Positions 37,015-49,758 of a stretch of 64,000 nt of DNA are shown piece after piece. Positions within the stretch are counted from its first letter, which is position 1. Every line of letters begins with the position of its first letter. This stretch comes from Candidatus Micrarchaeia archaeon (GTDB taxonomy: Archaea > Micrarchaeota > Micrarchaeia > Burarchaeales > Fermentimicrarchaeaceae): contig JAVZHX010000001.1 of assembly GCA_038871515.1 (NCBI GenBank), positions 448,001-512,000 of the forward strand. The letters run 5' to 3'. Under the pieces are notes generated by a model that saw nothing but the letters and a program-made list of their open reading frames with translations, searched no databases and was not told the DNA's origin. The position numbers were made by a program, and so were the translations under genes.

Positions 37015-38259
37015 ATGGGATTGAGGGAAACTGACCCCGAGGTTTACGAAGCGATAAGGAATGAGCTGAACAGGCAGAGGTATGGGTTGGAGTTGATTCC
37101 ATCTGAAAACTTCACAAGCGTTGCGGTGCTTGAAGCTCAGGGAAGTGTTTTAACGAACAAATACTCCGAAGGGTATCCTGGAAAAAGGTATTACGGCGGC
37201 AATCAGTTCATAGATGTAACTGAAACGCTGGCAATTGATAGGGCGAAGAAGCTTTTTGGGGCGGAGCATGCAAACGTTCAACCTCACTCTGGAAGTCAGG
37301 CAAATATGGCTGCGTATTACGCTTTTCTTGAGATTGGGGATAAGATGATGGGGTTGAGTTTAACTCATGGAGGGCATCTCTCCCAAGGAAGCCCAGTGAA
37401 TTTTTCAGGGAAGTGGTATAAGGTTGTTCCATACTACTTAGATAAGGAAACTGAGATGCTTGATTATGATGCAATAAAGAAGATTGCGGTTGAGGAGAAG
37501 CCGAAGTTAATTCAGTGCGGTTATACCGCTTACCCAAGGGTGATTGACTTCAAAGCATTTAGAGAAATAGCAGATGAGGTTGGAGCTTACTTTATGGTGG
37601 ATATGGCGCACATAGCAGGTTTGATTGCAGGGGGAGCACATCCATCACCTGTTCCATATGCCGATGTTGTGACAAGCACAACTCATAAAACGCTCCGTGG
37701 GCCGAGAGGGGCAATCATCCTTTGCAAGGAGAAGTATGCGCAGAGTATTGATAAAGCAGTTTTCCCAGGTTTGCAGGGAGGGCCGCTTGACCACGTGATT
37801 GCTGCGAAAGCAGTTTGCTTTAAAGAGGCGATGCAGCCAAGCTTTAAGGAGTATGCGAAGCAGATTGTTAAAAACGCAAAAGCGCTTGCAGATGAGCTGA
37901 TGAAGCTTGGTTTTAGACTGGTTTCTGGTGGGACGGACAACCACCTGATGCTTGTGGATTTAAGAAATAAAGGGATGACTGGCAAGGAGGCTCAGGAGCT
38001 GCTTGACAGCGTTGGGATAACTGTCAACAAAAACACAATTCCATACGACCCCCAGAAACCATTTATAACAAGTGGGATAAGGTTGGGCACTCCCCCACTT
38101 ACAACAAGAGGGATGAAAGAAAGTGAGATGAGGGAAGTTGCTGGGATGATTGCAAAGGTGCTTGAAAGCAAAGGAGATGCTGCCGTGCTTGAGAAAGTGA
38201 GAAAGCAGGTGAGGGAGCTCTGCGAGAGATTCCCCCTTTACTCCTCCATAGGTATGTAG
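37015..38259 (+). CDS. glyA: Serine hydroxymethyltransferase (bacterial/THF type)
   Basis: [51 protein letters not shown]. Confidence 0.96.
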   Translation: MGLRETDPEVYEAIRNELNRQRYGLELIPSENFTSVAVLEAQGSVLTNKYSEGYPGKRYYGGNQFIDVTETLAIDRAKKLFGAEHANVQPHSGSQANMAAYYAFLEIGDKMMGLSLTHGGHLSQGSPVNFSGKWYKVVPYYLDKETEMLDYDAIKKIAVEEKPKLIQCGYTAYPRVIDFKAFREIADEVGAYFMVDMAHIAGLIAGGAHPSPVPYADVVTSTTHKTLRGPRGAIILCKEKYAQSIDKAVFPGLQGGPLDHVIAAKAVCFKEAMQPSFKEYAKQIVKNAKALADELMKLGFRLVSGGTDNHLMLVDLRNKGMTGKEAQELLDSVGITVNKNTIPYDPQKPFITSGIRLGTPPLTTRGMKESEMREVAGMIAKVLESKGDAAVLEKVRKQVRELCERFPLYSSIGM

Positions 38260-39093
38260 ATGGGAAGGATAATTGATGGAACTGCAATTGCGAAGGAGCT
38301 GCTTGATGAGCTGAAGCTTCGTATAAAGGAAAGTGGAGTGAAACCAAAGCTGGCTGTTGTAGCTGTTGGAGATAGCGCTGCTTCAAAAATATATTTGAAA
38401 AGCAAGGAGGCAGCCTGCTCACATACGGGAGTGTTATTTGAAAAATACATTCTCCCACCTTCAACTTCAGAGGAGGAGCTTATCAACTTAATAAAGGAGC
38501 TGAATGAAAGCGATGCAGATGCAGTTATGCTTCAGCTTCCACTCCCAAGCAGAATAAATGCTGAAAAAATAATACAACTAATTGAACCATCAAAGGATGC
38601 GGATGGAGTTCACCCACTCAACCTTGGGAAGCTTCTTGCAGGAGACGAGTCAATTCCACCATGCACTCCGGCTGGCGTGATTGAGCTTTTGAGGAGAAGC
38701 GGAATAAGCGTTTCTGGAAAAAATGCAGTTGTTGTTGGGAGGAGCAATATTGTGGGAAAACCACTCGCAGCAATGCTGCTGAACAGGGATGCAACTGTCA
38801 CAGTATGTCACAGCAAAACAAAAAATCTGGCTGAAATCACAAAAAAAGCTGAGCTGCTTGCAGTTGCAGTTGGAAAGCCAAACTTCATAACAGCGGAGAT
38901 GGTTAGGGAAGGGGCAGTTGTAGTTGATATTGGGATAAACAAACTTGAGGGAAAAACTGTTGGGGATGTTGATTTTGAGAGAGTTAAGGAAAAAGCATCA
39001 GCAATCACTCCCGTGCCCGGCGGAGTTGGGCCGATGACTGTGGCTTCGCTGATAAAAAACACTTTCTCCCTAGCTCTTGCAAGAACTGGCTGA
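38260..39093 (+). CDS. folD: Methylene-THF dehydrogenase/cyclohydrolase
   Basis: QLPLP, KDADG.HP.N, PCTPAG, GRSNIVGKP, ITPVPGGVGPMT. Confidence 0.95.
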   Translation: MGRIIDGTAIAKELLDELKLRIKESGVKPKLAVVAVGDSAASKIYLKSKEAACSHTGVLFEKYILPPSTSEEELINLIKELNESDADAVMLQLPLPSRINAEKIIQLIEPSKDADGVHPLNLGKLLAGDESIPPCTPAGVIELLRRSGISVSGKNAVVVGRSNIVGKPLAAMLLNRDATVTVCHSKTKNLAEITKKAELLAVAVGKPNFITAEMVREGAVVVDIGINKLEGKTVGDVDFERVKEKASAITPVPGGVGPMTVASLIKNTFSLALARTG

Positions 39094-39097
39094 TTGA

Positions 39098-40375
39098 ATG
39101 AACTACACGGAGGCAATTCGTTATTTAAACAGCTTTGGCAGGTTTGGAAGCAAGTTAGGTTTGGTTAGAATAAATAGAATGCTTCAGCTTCTTGGAAACC
39201 CCCACACAAGCTTCAAGGCAATTCACGTTGGCGGGACAAATGGGAAGGGTTCGGTATGCGCAATGCTGGGCAGCATACTTCAACAGGATGGTTTTAGAGT
39301 TGGTTTGTACACTTCACCGCATTTGGATGACTTCAGGGAGAGAATTGTTGTTGATGGAAAATATATTTCAAGAGAGAAACTCACCTCGTTTGTTGAAAGG
39401 ATAAAACCAATTGTGAATGAAACTAAAAAACTCTCCCACCCAACATTTTTTGAAGTGACAACTGCAATTGCATTTGATTATTTTGCATATGCGGGAATTG
39501 ATTATGCGGTTGTTGAGGTGGGGTTAGGTGGCAGACTGGATGCGACAAACGTTATAACTCCAGAAGTTTCAGTGATAACAAACATAGGGTTGGAGCACAC
39601 AGATGTGCTTGGGGGAACAGTTCGTTCTATTGCAAGGGAGAAAGGAGGAATAATAAAGGAGGGGGTTCCTCTTGTAACCGCTGAAGAAAAGAAGGAAGCG
39701 TTGCAGGTTTTTAAGAAAATATGCAGAGAGAAGGAAGCAGAGCTGATAATGCTGAAGGGGATGAAACTCAGAAAAATTAAATGCGATGCGAGCGGTTCTG
39801 TGTTTTATTTGAAAACAAAGCTGAGAGATTACCCCTCGCTTAAAGTTAACCTTCTCGGAGAGCATCAAATAAAAAATGCTGCGGTGAGTGTTCTTGCCGC
39901 AGAGCAGCTTCCAGTTAGTGAAAAAGCGATAAGAGATGGTTTGGTGAAGGCAAGGTGGCCAGGAAGATTGGAGGTTGTTCAAAGAAAACCGCTTGTTGTG
40001 ATGGACTGCGCGCATAACCCACCAGCAATGGAAGCTTTGAAAAATTCACTGAAACTTTTCAAATACAACAAACTAATTCTTGTGATTGGAGTGATGAGAG
40101 ATAAGGAGATAGATAGAATAGTTGAGCAGATAGCTCCACCAGCGGATTTTATAGTGATAAACAAACCAAATTTTGAAAGGGCAGCTGAGCCAGAGAGAAT
40201 AGAGAAGGAAGCGAGGAGGTATGGGAAAGACGTGAAAATAGTGAGAGATGTCAAAAAATCAGTAAGATACGCCAAATCAATTGCAGGGAAAGATGATATG
40301 GTTCTCATCACGGGTTCAATCTATATGCTGTCTGAAGCAAGGGCAAAGAGAACAAAGGAGAGGCTTGCGCAGTAG
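39098..40375 (+). CDS. folC: Folylpolyglutamate synthase/dihydrofolate synthase
   Basis: HVGGTNGKGS, YTSPHL..FRERI, EVGLGGRLDATN, WPGRLE, DCAHNP, TGSIY. Confidence 0.94.
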   Translation: MNYTEAIRYLNSFGRFGSKLGLVRINRMLQLLGNPHTSFKAIHVGGTNGKGSVCAMLGSILQQDGFRVGLYTSPHLDDFRERIVVDGKYISREKLTSFVERIKPIVNETKKLSHPTFFEVTTAIAFDYFAYAGIDYAVVEVGLGGRLDATNVITPEVSVITNIGLEHTDVLGGTVRSIAREKGGIIKEGVPLVTAEEKKEALQVFKKICREKEAELIMLKGMKLRKIKCDASGSVFYLKTKLRDYPSLKVNLLGEHQIKNAAVSVLAAEQLPVSEKAIRDGLVKARWPGRLEVVQRKPLVVMDCAHNPPAMEALKNSLKLFKYNKLILVIGVMRDKEIDRIVEQIAPPADFIVINKPNFERAAEPERIEKEARRYGKDVKIVRDVKKSVRYAKSIAGKDDMVLITGSIYMLSEARAKRTKERLAQ

Positions 40376-40414
40376 TTGCTAATGGTTTTTAAGCTTCTTG
40401 AATATAATTAATTT

Positions 40415-41035
40415 ATGAGAAAAATAAGGGTGGGAGTGCTCGCAAGTGGAAGGGGAAGCGACTTTCAGTCAATAGTTGATGGAGTTGAGAAAGGGGAGGT
40501 TAACGCAGATGTTGTCGTTCTAATTTCAGATAACCCGGAAGCAAAAGCACTTGAAAGAGCAAGAAAGCACCGAATACCTGCGTTCTGCATAAACCCAAAA
40601 GACTACTCTTCAAGGGAGGAGCATGACAGAGCAGTAAGGAAGAAGCTTGAGGAGTTCAAGGTTGATTTAATTGTGCTTGCAGGTTATATGAGGTTGATAA
40701 AAGATAAGAAATTCCTCCAAGATTATAAAGGAAGAATAATAAACATACACCCTGCGCTTCTTCCAGCTTTTCCTGGCACACATGCGCAGAAGGATGCGTT
40801 TGAGTATGGAGTGAAAGTATCTGGCTACACTATTCACTTTGTTGATGAAACACCAGACGGCGGTCCAATAATACATCAGGAAGCAGTTGACATAAGCAAT
40901 TGCAAAACTGCAGAGGAGGTGGCAGCAAAAATTCTGGAGAGAGAGCACGTTGGCTTGCCAAAAATAGTTGATTCATTTTCAAAAGGAAAATATATAATAG
41001 AGGGAAGGAGGGTTAGGTACGTTCCCTATGAATGA
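40415..41035 (+). CDS. purN: Phosphoribosylglycinamide formyltransferase
   Basis: LASGRGSDFQ, LAGYMR, INIHPALLPAFPG, G.TIHFVDE..DGGPII.Q. Confidence 0.94.
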   Translation: MRKIRVGVLASGRGSDFQSIVDGVEKGEVNADVVVLISDNPEAKALERARKHRIPAFCINPKDYSSREEHDRAVRKKLEEFKVDLIVLAGYMRLIKDKKFLQDYKGRIINIHPALLPAFPGTHAQKDAFEYGVKVSGYTIHFVDETPDGGPIIHQEAVDISNCKTAEEVAAKILEREHVGLPKIVDSFSKGKYIIEGRRVRYVPYE

Positions 41036-41696
41036 ACAATACATACTTGGGGTCTATTTTCAAACAGCTCACATCCACTTTACCTGCGATGCTACTGAGC
41101 AGAGTGTTCACTGCAACGTATGAAATGCTTATTCCTACTGCAAATGAAACTCTTTCAAATGCAGTTATTGGCACAAGCGTAGCCCATACTTCGGCAGGTA
41201 TGTTGAATGCGTAAAGGAATGCAGTTGCACCAATTGCATGCGCCGTGAAAGTTGCCCCAAGGCTCCTGAGGAAAAGATTCTCCTTCCATAGAGCAGCTGC
41301 AACGGGTATCAGCCAGAAGAAGGAGTAATACCATGCCTCTCTTCCAATTGGGTGAGTTATGAACAGCGCCATGCAGAGAAGTGGAATAATCACTCTGCTC
41401 CTGCTCTTGGAACCAAAGTAGAAAGCTGCAAACATCATTGGGGTGAACCTTATCAGCGTAATCAGTTCAAGCGCCTTGCCAGAAATTAAGAAATTGAGAA
41501 TTTCAACGAATAAAACAGATAAAACTCCAAGAAGAGGGTTGAATATACCTGCCCCAATCGGACCGAGGAATTGGAAGAATGTGAAGTTCTGAGATGGAAC
41601 CCCCAGTATTGTTGAGAATTTCAGTTGGTATGCAACCAAAGATAGAATTGTGAACAACCCAAGAAAAGCCAGTTTTCTCATGTTCATCCAAAACAC
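41013..41696 (-). CDS. Multi-pass membrane protein, possibly an ECF-type S component
   Basis: About 6 hydrophobic helices and ~220 aa, with a F..F.GPI.A...P..G pattern; convergent with the folate cluster. Confidence 0.55.
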   Translation of the reverse strand: MFWMNMRKLAFLGLFTILSLVAYQLKFSTILGVPSQNFTFFQFLGPIGAGIFNPLLGVLSVLFVEILNFLISGKALELITLIRFTPMMFAAFYFGSKSRSRVIIPLLCMALFITHPIGREAWYYSFFWLIPVAAALWKENLFLRSLGATFTAHAIGATAFLYAFNIPAEVWATLVPITAFERVSFAVGISISYVAVNTLLSSIAGKVDVSCLKIDPKYVLFIHRERT

Positions 41697-41731
41697 CCCA
41701 AATAATTATTGAATGAAAAATATAAAATACC

Positions 41732-42568
41732 TCACTTTTTTGAAGCAACTCCCTCATAAATTCTCTTCATCTTCAACGCATCCACATCAAGCAGAGGGCT
41801 TTCAGAAATGATTGTTCCATCATACCCATTCTCAAATATAACTTCTGCGAGTGGTTTGAAGGGAGGAGAGTATTGCTCCCCTAAAATTAAGTGGTGCTTC
41901 TCTCCTTTTTCATTAAAAGCAACCTCGCTGAAATGGGAATGAAAGTTCTTCACCGCATCCTTGCCAAGTTTCCTCTCAACTTCATCAAAAATTTTCAAGT
42001 AATCCTCCTTCTTTTTCAAACTTCCCCCCTCCCTTGCGTGAATGTGAGCAAAATCAATAACCGGTTTTGTCATCTCAAGCGCAGAGGAAAGCTCAATGTT
42101 CTCTGAAAGACTGCCAAACTGCGTCCCCTTCCCAGTTGTCTCCAAACCAAGCCAAACACCTTTTATTCCCTCCTGTTTCATTCTCTCTAAAGCTTCCTCC
42201 AAAGTTTTTTTCACAAGCTCCTTTGTCTCCTCAGCAGTTCTTCCCATATAGAAACCAGGGTGGAATACTATGATGCTTGCATTCATAACACGAGCAACCC
42301 TTGCAGTCTCAATTATGTTTCTCAGCGTTGCCTCAATTTTCCTTCTCTCCCTAGCTGCGCAGTTTATCCAGTAAGGAGCGTGCGCGCTCAGAGAAACTCC
42401 TTTTTCCTTTGCAACCTTCCTCGCTTCCTCCGCCATCTCCTTTTTCATTTTCACTCCTTTCACAAATTCGCATTCAAATGCATTCAGCCCTTCCTCCGCA
42501 ACATACCTTATTGCTTCTGGAGTGCTTCCCTTGAAATCAAGCGGTATCCCTGCTGGCCCCCATCTCAT
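41732..42568 (-). CDS. nfo: Endonuclease IV (AP endonuclease 2 family)
   Basis: GPAGIP, SAHAPYWIN, FHPGFY, LETTGK..QFGS, IDFAHIHAR, HFS, ISESP. Confidence 0.9.
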   Translation of the reverse strand: MRWGPAGIPLDFKGSTPEAIRYVAEEGLNAFECEFVKGVKMKKEMAEEARKVAKEKGVSLSAHAPYWINCAARERRKIEATLRNIIETARVARVMNASIIVFHPGFYMGRTAEETKELVKKTLEEALERMKQEGIKGVWLGLETTGKGTQFGSLSENIELSSALEMTKPVIDFAHIHAREGGSLKKKEDYLKIFDEVERKLGKDAVKNFHSHFSEVAFNEKGEKHHLILGEQYSPPFKPLAEVIFENGYDGTIISESPLLDVDALKMKRIYEGVASKK

Positions 42569-43137
42569 ACAAACACCAGAAACACCAGTATAAGCATAAT
42601 AACTGCCCAGAGAGGGAAATTCCATGCAATTACCTTGCTTCCATCCAGCGGTGGAATGGGAAGGAGGTTGAAGAATGCAAGGTAAAGGTTAATATATGTG
42701 CCAAAAACAAGAAGCGACTGGGCAAGCATTTCTGCTCTTGGAGTTTCCTTTAAACTAATTCCAACTGAAAGAAAGAGGAAGAAAATGGCGAGAAGAAAGT
42801 TTGTAAGTGGGCCGGCAAGCGAGATTATTCCATTCTCCCTCCTGCTCAAATAATAGGAGTAGATGTAAACTGCCCCTGGCGCAGCAAAGAGAAACCTGCC
42901 GCCGCTTATTAAAGCAAACGCAAGCATGAAGAAAAGCCCTTCCGGCCATGCCCTGTAGAATGCTCTTGCTCCATAGTGATTTGCAACAAATCTGTGGGCG
43001 AGTTCATGCGCAACAAAACCAACTCCAACTGTGAGAAGGATTATTGGAAAGAAACCCATTCCATAACGTATTGAAAAAGCAATTGCAATTGCCAGAACAG
43101 ATACCACTATATCCTGAATTTCAACTGCTTGCATCAA
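42565..43137 (-). CDS. Site-2 protease (M50) family metalloprotease
   Basis: HELAH, AGPLTN, FNLLPIPPLDGSK. Confidence 0.92.
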   Translation of the reverse strand: MMQAVEIQDIVVSVLAIAIAFSIRYGMGFFPIILLTVGVGFVAHELAHRFVANHYGARAFYRAWPEGLFFMLAFALISGGRFLFAAPGAVYIYSYYLSRRENGIISLAGPLTNFLLAIFFLFLSVGISLKETPRAEMLAQSLLVFGTYINLYLAFFNLLPIPPLDGSKVIAWNFPLWAVIMLILVFLVFV

Positions 43138-43529
43138 ACAACCCTTATCTCCTTTCTGAGAAGCTTAACTTTTGCAGGGGTGAAAAAACCAGCGTATGAA
43201 ACAACAACCCCCTCCTCCTCACTTCCATCGTTGAACTCTATTTTTATAACCTCGCCAATTCTCCCGCTTGTCAAAGCAACTGCAGTTGAACTCATAAATG
43301 GAATTCTGAAAGGAAGCTTCTGCTCAGAGAGGACAACGCTCACCACATCCCCTTCCCTCACCCCTCGTATGTGTGGGTAGGCAAACGGCATAAGCAAGGA
43401 AAGCCCAAATGCAAGAGCAAGCAATTTCAGCAAAAAATACAAGTTGGCGTTTGGAGTTAAAGCAAACACTATCAAACTCAGCGCGGTGAATAGAACGATT
43501 GATTTGAAAAAAACTCTTACGTCAACCAT
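43134..43529 (-). CDS. Hypothetical membrane protein
   Basis: Two N-terminal TM helices and a small beta domain; in an operon between cdc48 and the S2P gene. Confidence 0.6.
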   Translation of the reverse strand: MVDVRVFFKSIVLFTALSLIVFALTPNANLYFLLKLLALAFGLSLLMPFAYPHIRGVREGDVVSVVLSEQKLPFRIPFMSSTAVALTSGRIGEVIKIEFNDGSEEEGVVVSYAGFFTPAKVKLLRKEIRVV

Positions 43530-43534
43530 CTAAT

Positions 43535-46445
<2,911 letters not shown>

Positions 46446-46449
<4 letters not shown>

Positions 46450-46829
46450 AGCATCCTCCTCGCATCCTCAATTATCTTTTTATGGTCAAACGCCATCTCA
46501 GGCAACTCATTCAAATTAAACCATCTGGCTTCCTCTGCATCATCCCCTCCCCTTGCTTCTTTTGAAGTTGGTTTTGTGAGAAAAGCAATTGAAATTGTTC
46601 CCCTTGGATCTCTCTTTGGGTTTGAGTAAACGCCAATCAGCTTCACAATTCTCACTTTCATTCCAGTTTCCTCCATCGTTTCCCTCTCCACAGCTTCCTC
46701 AACAGTTTCACCTTCATCAACAAAACCGCCAGGGAGCGCCCACTTTCCCTTAAACGGCTTGAACTTTCTTTTTATTAAAAGAATTTTACCATCTTCCACT
46801 ATAACCGAATCCACAGTTGTCGGCCTCAC
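46446..46829 (-). CDS. NUDIX hydrolase (ADP-ribose pyrophosphatase-like)
   Basis: WALPGGFVDEGETVEEAVERETMEETG, RDPRG, AFDH; GTG start overlapping the topA stop (GTGA). Confidence 0.9.
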
Positions 46830-48841
46830 TTCCCCCACCCCTCCTTGCTTTTGCACTCCGGGTTTATGCACATCTGAAACACCTTTTTTCCATTCCTGAC
46901 GAGTATCATGGGCAACCCACACACCTTGCAGTTCTTCTTCAATGGCTTAATTGTGCCCAACTGCGGTATTGGATAGCTCTGCGAGCATTTCGGATAGTTT
47001 GAGCAACCGCAGAATCTCTTCTTAGTTTTTTTTGAAGTGATTACTCTCAAATCACCACCGCACTTCGGGCATTTCCCAAGCACCTCTCTATCAAACTGGG
47101 TGCTCTTCAAACCAACAACAAGCTCCCCCCCAATCTCCCTCTCCTTCATTTTAAAATCTCTCAAAATTTCAGAAAGTGTATTCCTCCCATCCTCAATTAC
47201 CCTGCTCTCCTCAATTTTCCCCTCCTGTATCCACTCCATCTCCATCTCAAGCTTCCTTGTAAGCTCCTCATCAAGTATCTCTGGGCAGTTTCTCTCAAGC
47301 GCATCGCAGACAGCCAAGCCAAAAGGAGTCACACGTATGTTCCTTTCGCTTATATAACCTCTCTTATACAGCGTATCCACAATCATGGAGCGAGTTCCCT
47401 TTGTCCCCAAACCCTTCTCCTCAAGCGTTTGAACAATTGAAGCGGGCGTATACCTCGCAGGTGGTTTTGTTTTTCCTTTTCTCACCTCAAATTTATCCAC
47501 TTCAACTTCCTCATTCTCTTTAAACATACTTAAATCAACTTCATCAAACTTAACATACGGCTTGTAAAAATCAACCCACCCCTCTCTCACAACTCTCCCT
47601 CCTTCTGCTGAATACCTCTCGCTGCCGAGCAGAAGCGTTACTTTCATCTTCTCTCTCACAGCATTCTCAGCAAAGCAGGCAAGAAACCTCCTTGCAATCA
47701 AATCATAAACCTTCATCTGCATCTCGGATAGCTTGCCTGGAAGAACTCCTGTCACAAATATAGCTGGATGAGCAGGGTCATCCTTAACTCCCTGTCGCGG
47801 TGTGAACCTTCCTTTTTCAATCAGCTCATTTGCAAGCTTCTCATAAACTGGGTTTTTGGAAACTCTATTTATAATTTTCGGAAGGTTCAGTTTCGCAGGC
47901 AGCTTCTGGGAGGATGTTCTTGGGTATGAAATCAAACCAGCCTCATATAATGACTGGGCAATCTCCTGAGTTTGGGAGGGAGATAAGCCAAACCACCTGT
48001 ACGCTTCAATTTGCAGTGAAGTTAAATCAAATGGAGGGTGAGGTGGTTGCTCAAACTTGCTTCTGTCAACTTTCTCAACAACTCCCTCCCTCTCGCTTCT
48101 CTTTCTCGCTTCAACTGCCTCCTCTCTTTTTAAGAACTTTCCTTTCTCGTGGCAGAACTTCACCCCACTGCAAAATGCGAAAACCTGCCAGAATAGAACT
48201 GGGGTGAAGGAGGCAATCTCCCTCTCCCTTATACTCAGTATTTTCAGAGTTGGGCCCTGAACTCTGCCTATGCTCATAACTCTGCTTACCCCGTTTCTTC
48301 TCAGCGCGCTCATCAAACCTCTTGAAAGATTTATTCCCCATAACCAGTCAATTATGCTTCTTGCTTCCCCCGCGTATGCATTATTGTAATCCAGCTCCCC
48401 CCTAGTATCATATGCCTCAGCCAGCTCCTCCTCAGTAAGCGTTGAGAACTTCATTCTCTTCCCATTTTTGCTGTTGCATGCGAAGCGTATGATGTTGTAG
48501 CCAATTATGCTTCCCTCCGTGTCAAAGTCGCATGAGTTAACAAACTCATCTGCTTTGCTTGAAAGAAACTTTATCGCATCAAGATACTTTTTCGTGTAAT
48601 AAGCGCTTCTTTCAACTCTGTATGAAGGAACCCACTCAACTTCAAAGACAGGGTAGCCTCCTCCGTTTTTTTCTTTCAATGTGTATATATGCCCAACAGT
48701 TGGGGCAACATATATCCTCTCTCCTTTCCTCTCCACTTCATAGTAAACAACTCCATTAAAAACTCTTCTCTTAGCCTCGCCAAGCGCACCTGCAACCCTC
48801 TCAGCAACGCGTGGCTTCTCGCATATCACAAGCACAGCCAT
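46826..48841 (-). CDS. topA: DNA topoisomerase IA
   Basis: ICEKP, D.D.EG, SIGRVQGPTL, ISYPRT (catalytic Tyr), GLGTKGTR, C-terminal zinc ribbons. Confidence 0.95.
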   Translation of the reverse strand: MAVLVICEKPRVAERVAGALGEAKRRVFNGVVYYEVERKGERIYVAPTVGHIYTLKEKNGGGYPVFEVEWVPSYRVERSAYYTKKYLDAIKFLSSKADEFVNSCDFDTEGSIIGYNIIRFACNSKNGKRMKFSTLTEEELAEAYDTRGELDYNNAYAGEARSIIDWLWGINLSRGLMSALRRNGVSRVMSIGRVQGPTLKILSIREREIASFTPVLFWQVFAFCSGVKFCHEKGKFLKREEAVEARKRSEREGVVEKVDRSKFEQPPHPPFDLTSLQIEAYRWFGLSPSQTQEIAQSLYEAGLISYPRTSSQKLPAKLNLPKIINRVSKNPVYEKLANELIEKGRFTPRQGVKDDPAHPAIFVTGVLPGKLSEMQMKVYDLIARRFLACFAENAVREKMKVTLLLGSERYSAEGGRVVREGWVDFYKPYVKFDEVDLSMFKENEEVEVDKFEVRKGKTKPPARYTPASIVQTLEEKGLGTKGTRSMIVDTLYKRGYISERNIRVTPFGLAVCDALERNCPEILDEELTRKLEMEMEWIQEGKIEESRVIEDGRNTLSEILRDFKMKEREIGGELVVGLKSTQFDREVLGKCPKCGGDLRVITSKKTKKRFCGCSNYPKCSQSYPIPQLGTIKPLKKNCKVCGLPMILVRNGKKVFQMCINPECKSKEGWGK

Positions 48842-48849
48842 TCAAGCAC

Positions 48850-49722
48850 CTATCCCTGCTCCCACATCTTCTCAAATTCACTTAAATACCTATCAACAAC
48901 TTTCAACTCATACGTTCTCATCCCAAGCTCTATATTTCTTTCCAGGCTTGTTTTTGTGAGGTTAGCAGAAGTGAAAAGCACCTCCACCTCATCAACAATC
49001 AAAAACTTCGCATGGATAACTGAGTTGAGTTTAACAGGTATACCTGAGTTTTGAAGTCTCTCCACCATTGCCCCATGCGAGGCATCCTCCTCCAGCGCAG
49101 GCCTGCAGATAACTCTGACATCCAGCTCCTTCCTCTTCATTTCCTCAAGTTTTTCAAGTATTGCATCCACCCCCCATATCCATGGCGATACGAGAAAAAC
49201 GCTTCTCTCAGCAAAATCAAGCATCTCAAGTATGCTGCTTTTAATTTTTTCTGGCTCCAGTATCTCGCTTCTGCTCCTCCCAGAAGAGTAGCATGCAGCA
49301 AGCCTCAAAGCTCTTCTGTAACCCCTTTCAATAACTCTCTCAACCAACCCAAGTGTTTGCTCCCTGTATCTTTCTTTTGCTTTCACAAATGACTCATAAA
49401 GAACTCTCTCATCAAGCGTAAGTCTATCACTCCTTAACTCGCCAGTTTTCAGCGCCTCAAGGTTCTTCTCATCCCTCAGTTTATAAACTTCATTTATCTT
49501 TTTCAAATCAGGCTCAATTCTCTCCTCAAGCATATCCTTTACGTTGTTCTCCTCAATTGTTGCTCCTTTCAGCAGAAGCCCTTCCTCCTCCTCAAGAATT
49601 TTTTTAATTTCCTCCCTCATGTGCTCTGCCATCTCCCTGTAAAACCCATTCTCCAACCTCTCCAAATTCCTCGTTTCCTTCTCCCCGCTCCAAACTTTGA
49701 ACAGCTTTTCCTTTGGCTCCAC
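48850..49722 (-). CDS. Fusion of a GINS A-domain-like helical region and a PLD (HKD) nuclease domain
   Basis: C-terminal LVSPWI...IHAKFLIVD...TSANLT...NIELG; N-terminal EK....L..L...FY...R..K...LT.DER.LY pattern. Confidence 0.7.
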   Translation of the reverse strand: MEPKEKLFKVWSGEKETRNLERLENGFYREMAEHMREEIKKILEEEEGLLLKGATIEENNVKDMLEERIEPDLKKINEVYKLRDEKNLEALKTGELRSDRLTLDERVLYESFVKAKERYREQTLGLVERVIERGYRRALRLAACYSSGRSRSEILEPEKIKSSILEMLDFAERSVFLVSPWIWGVDAILEKLEEMKRKELDVRVICRPALEEDASHGAMVERLQNSGIPVKLNSVIHAKFLIVDEVEVLFTSANLTKTSLERNIELGMRTYELKVVDRYLSEFEKMWEQG

Positions 49723-49758
49723 AATAATTAATTAAAAGGTTTGTGAATAAAAAGCAAT

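Noticed and set aside
46830..46922. N-terminal extensions of NUDIX and, similarly, nfo, amrS, rtcA, glmM and 51376-52059 in the ORF track
   Set aside because: They overlap neighbouring genes or promoters; downstream starts match the family N-termini.
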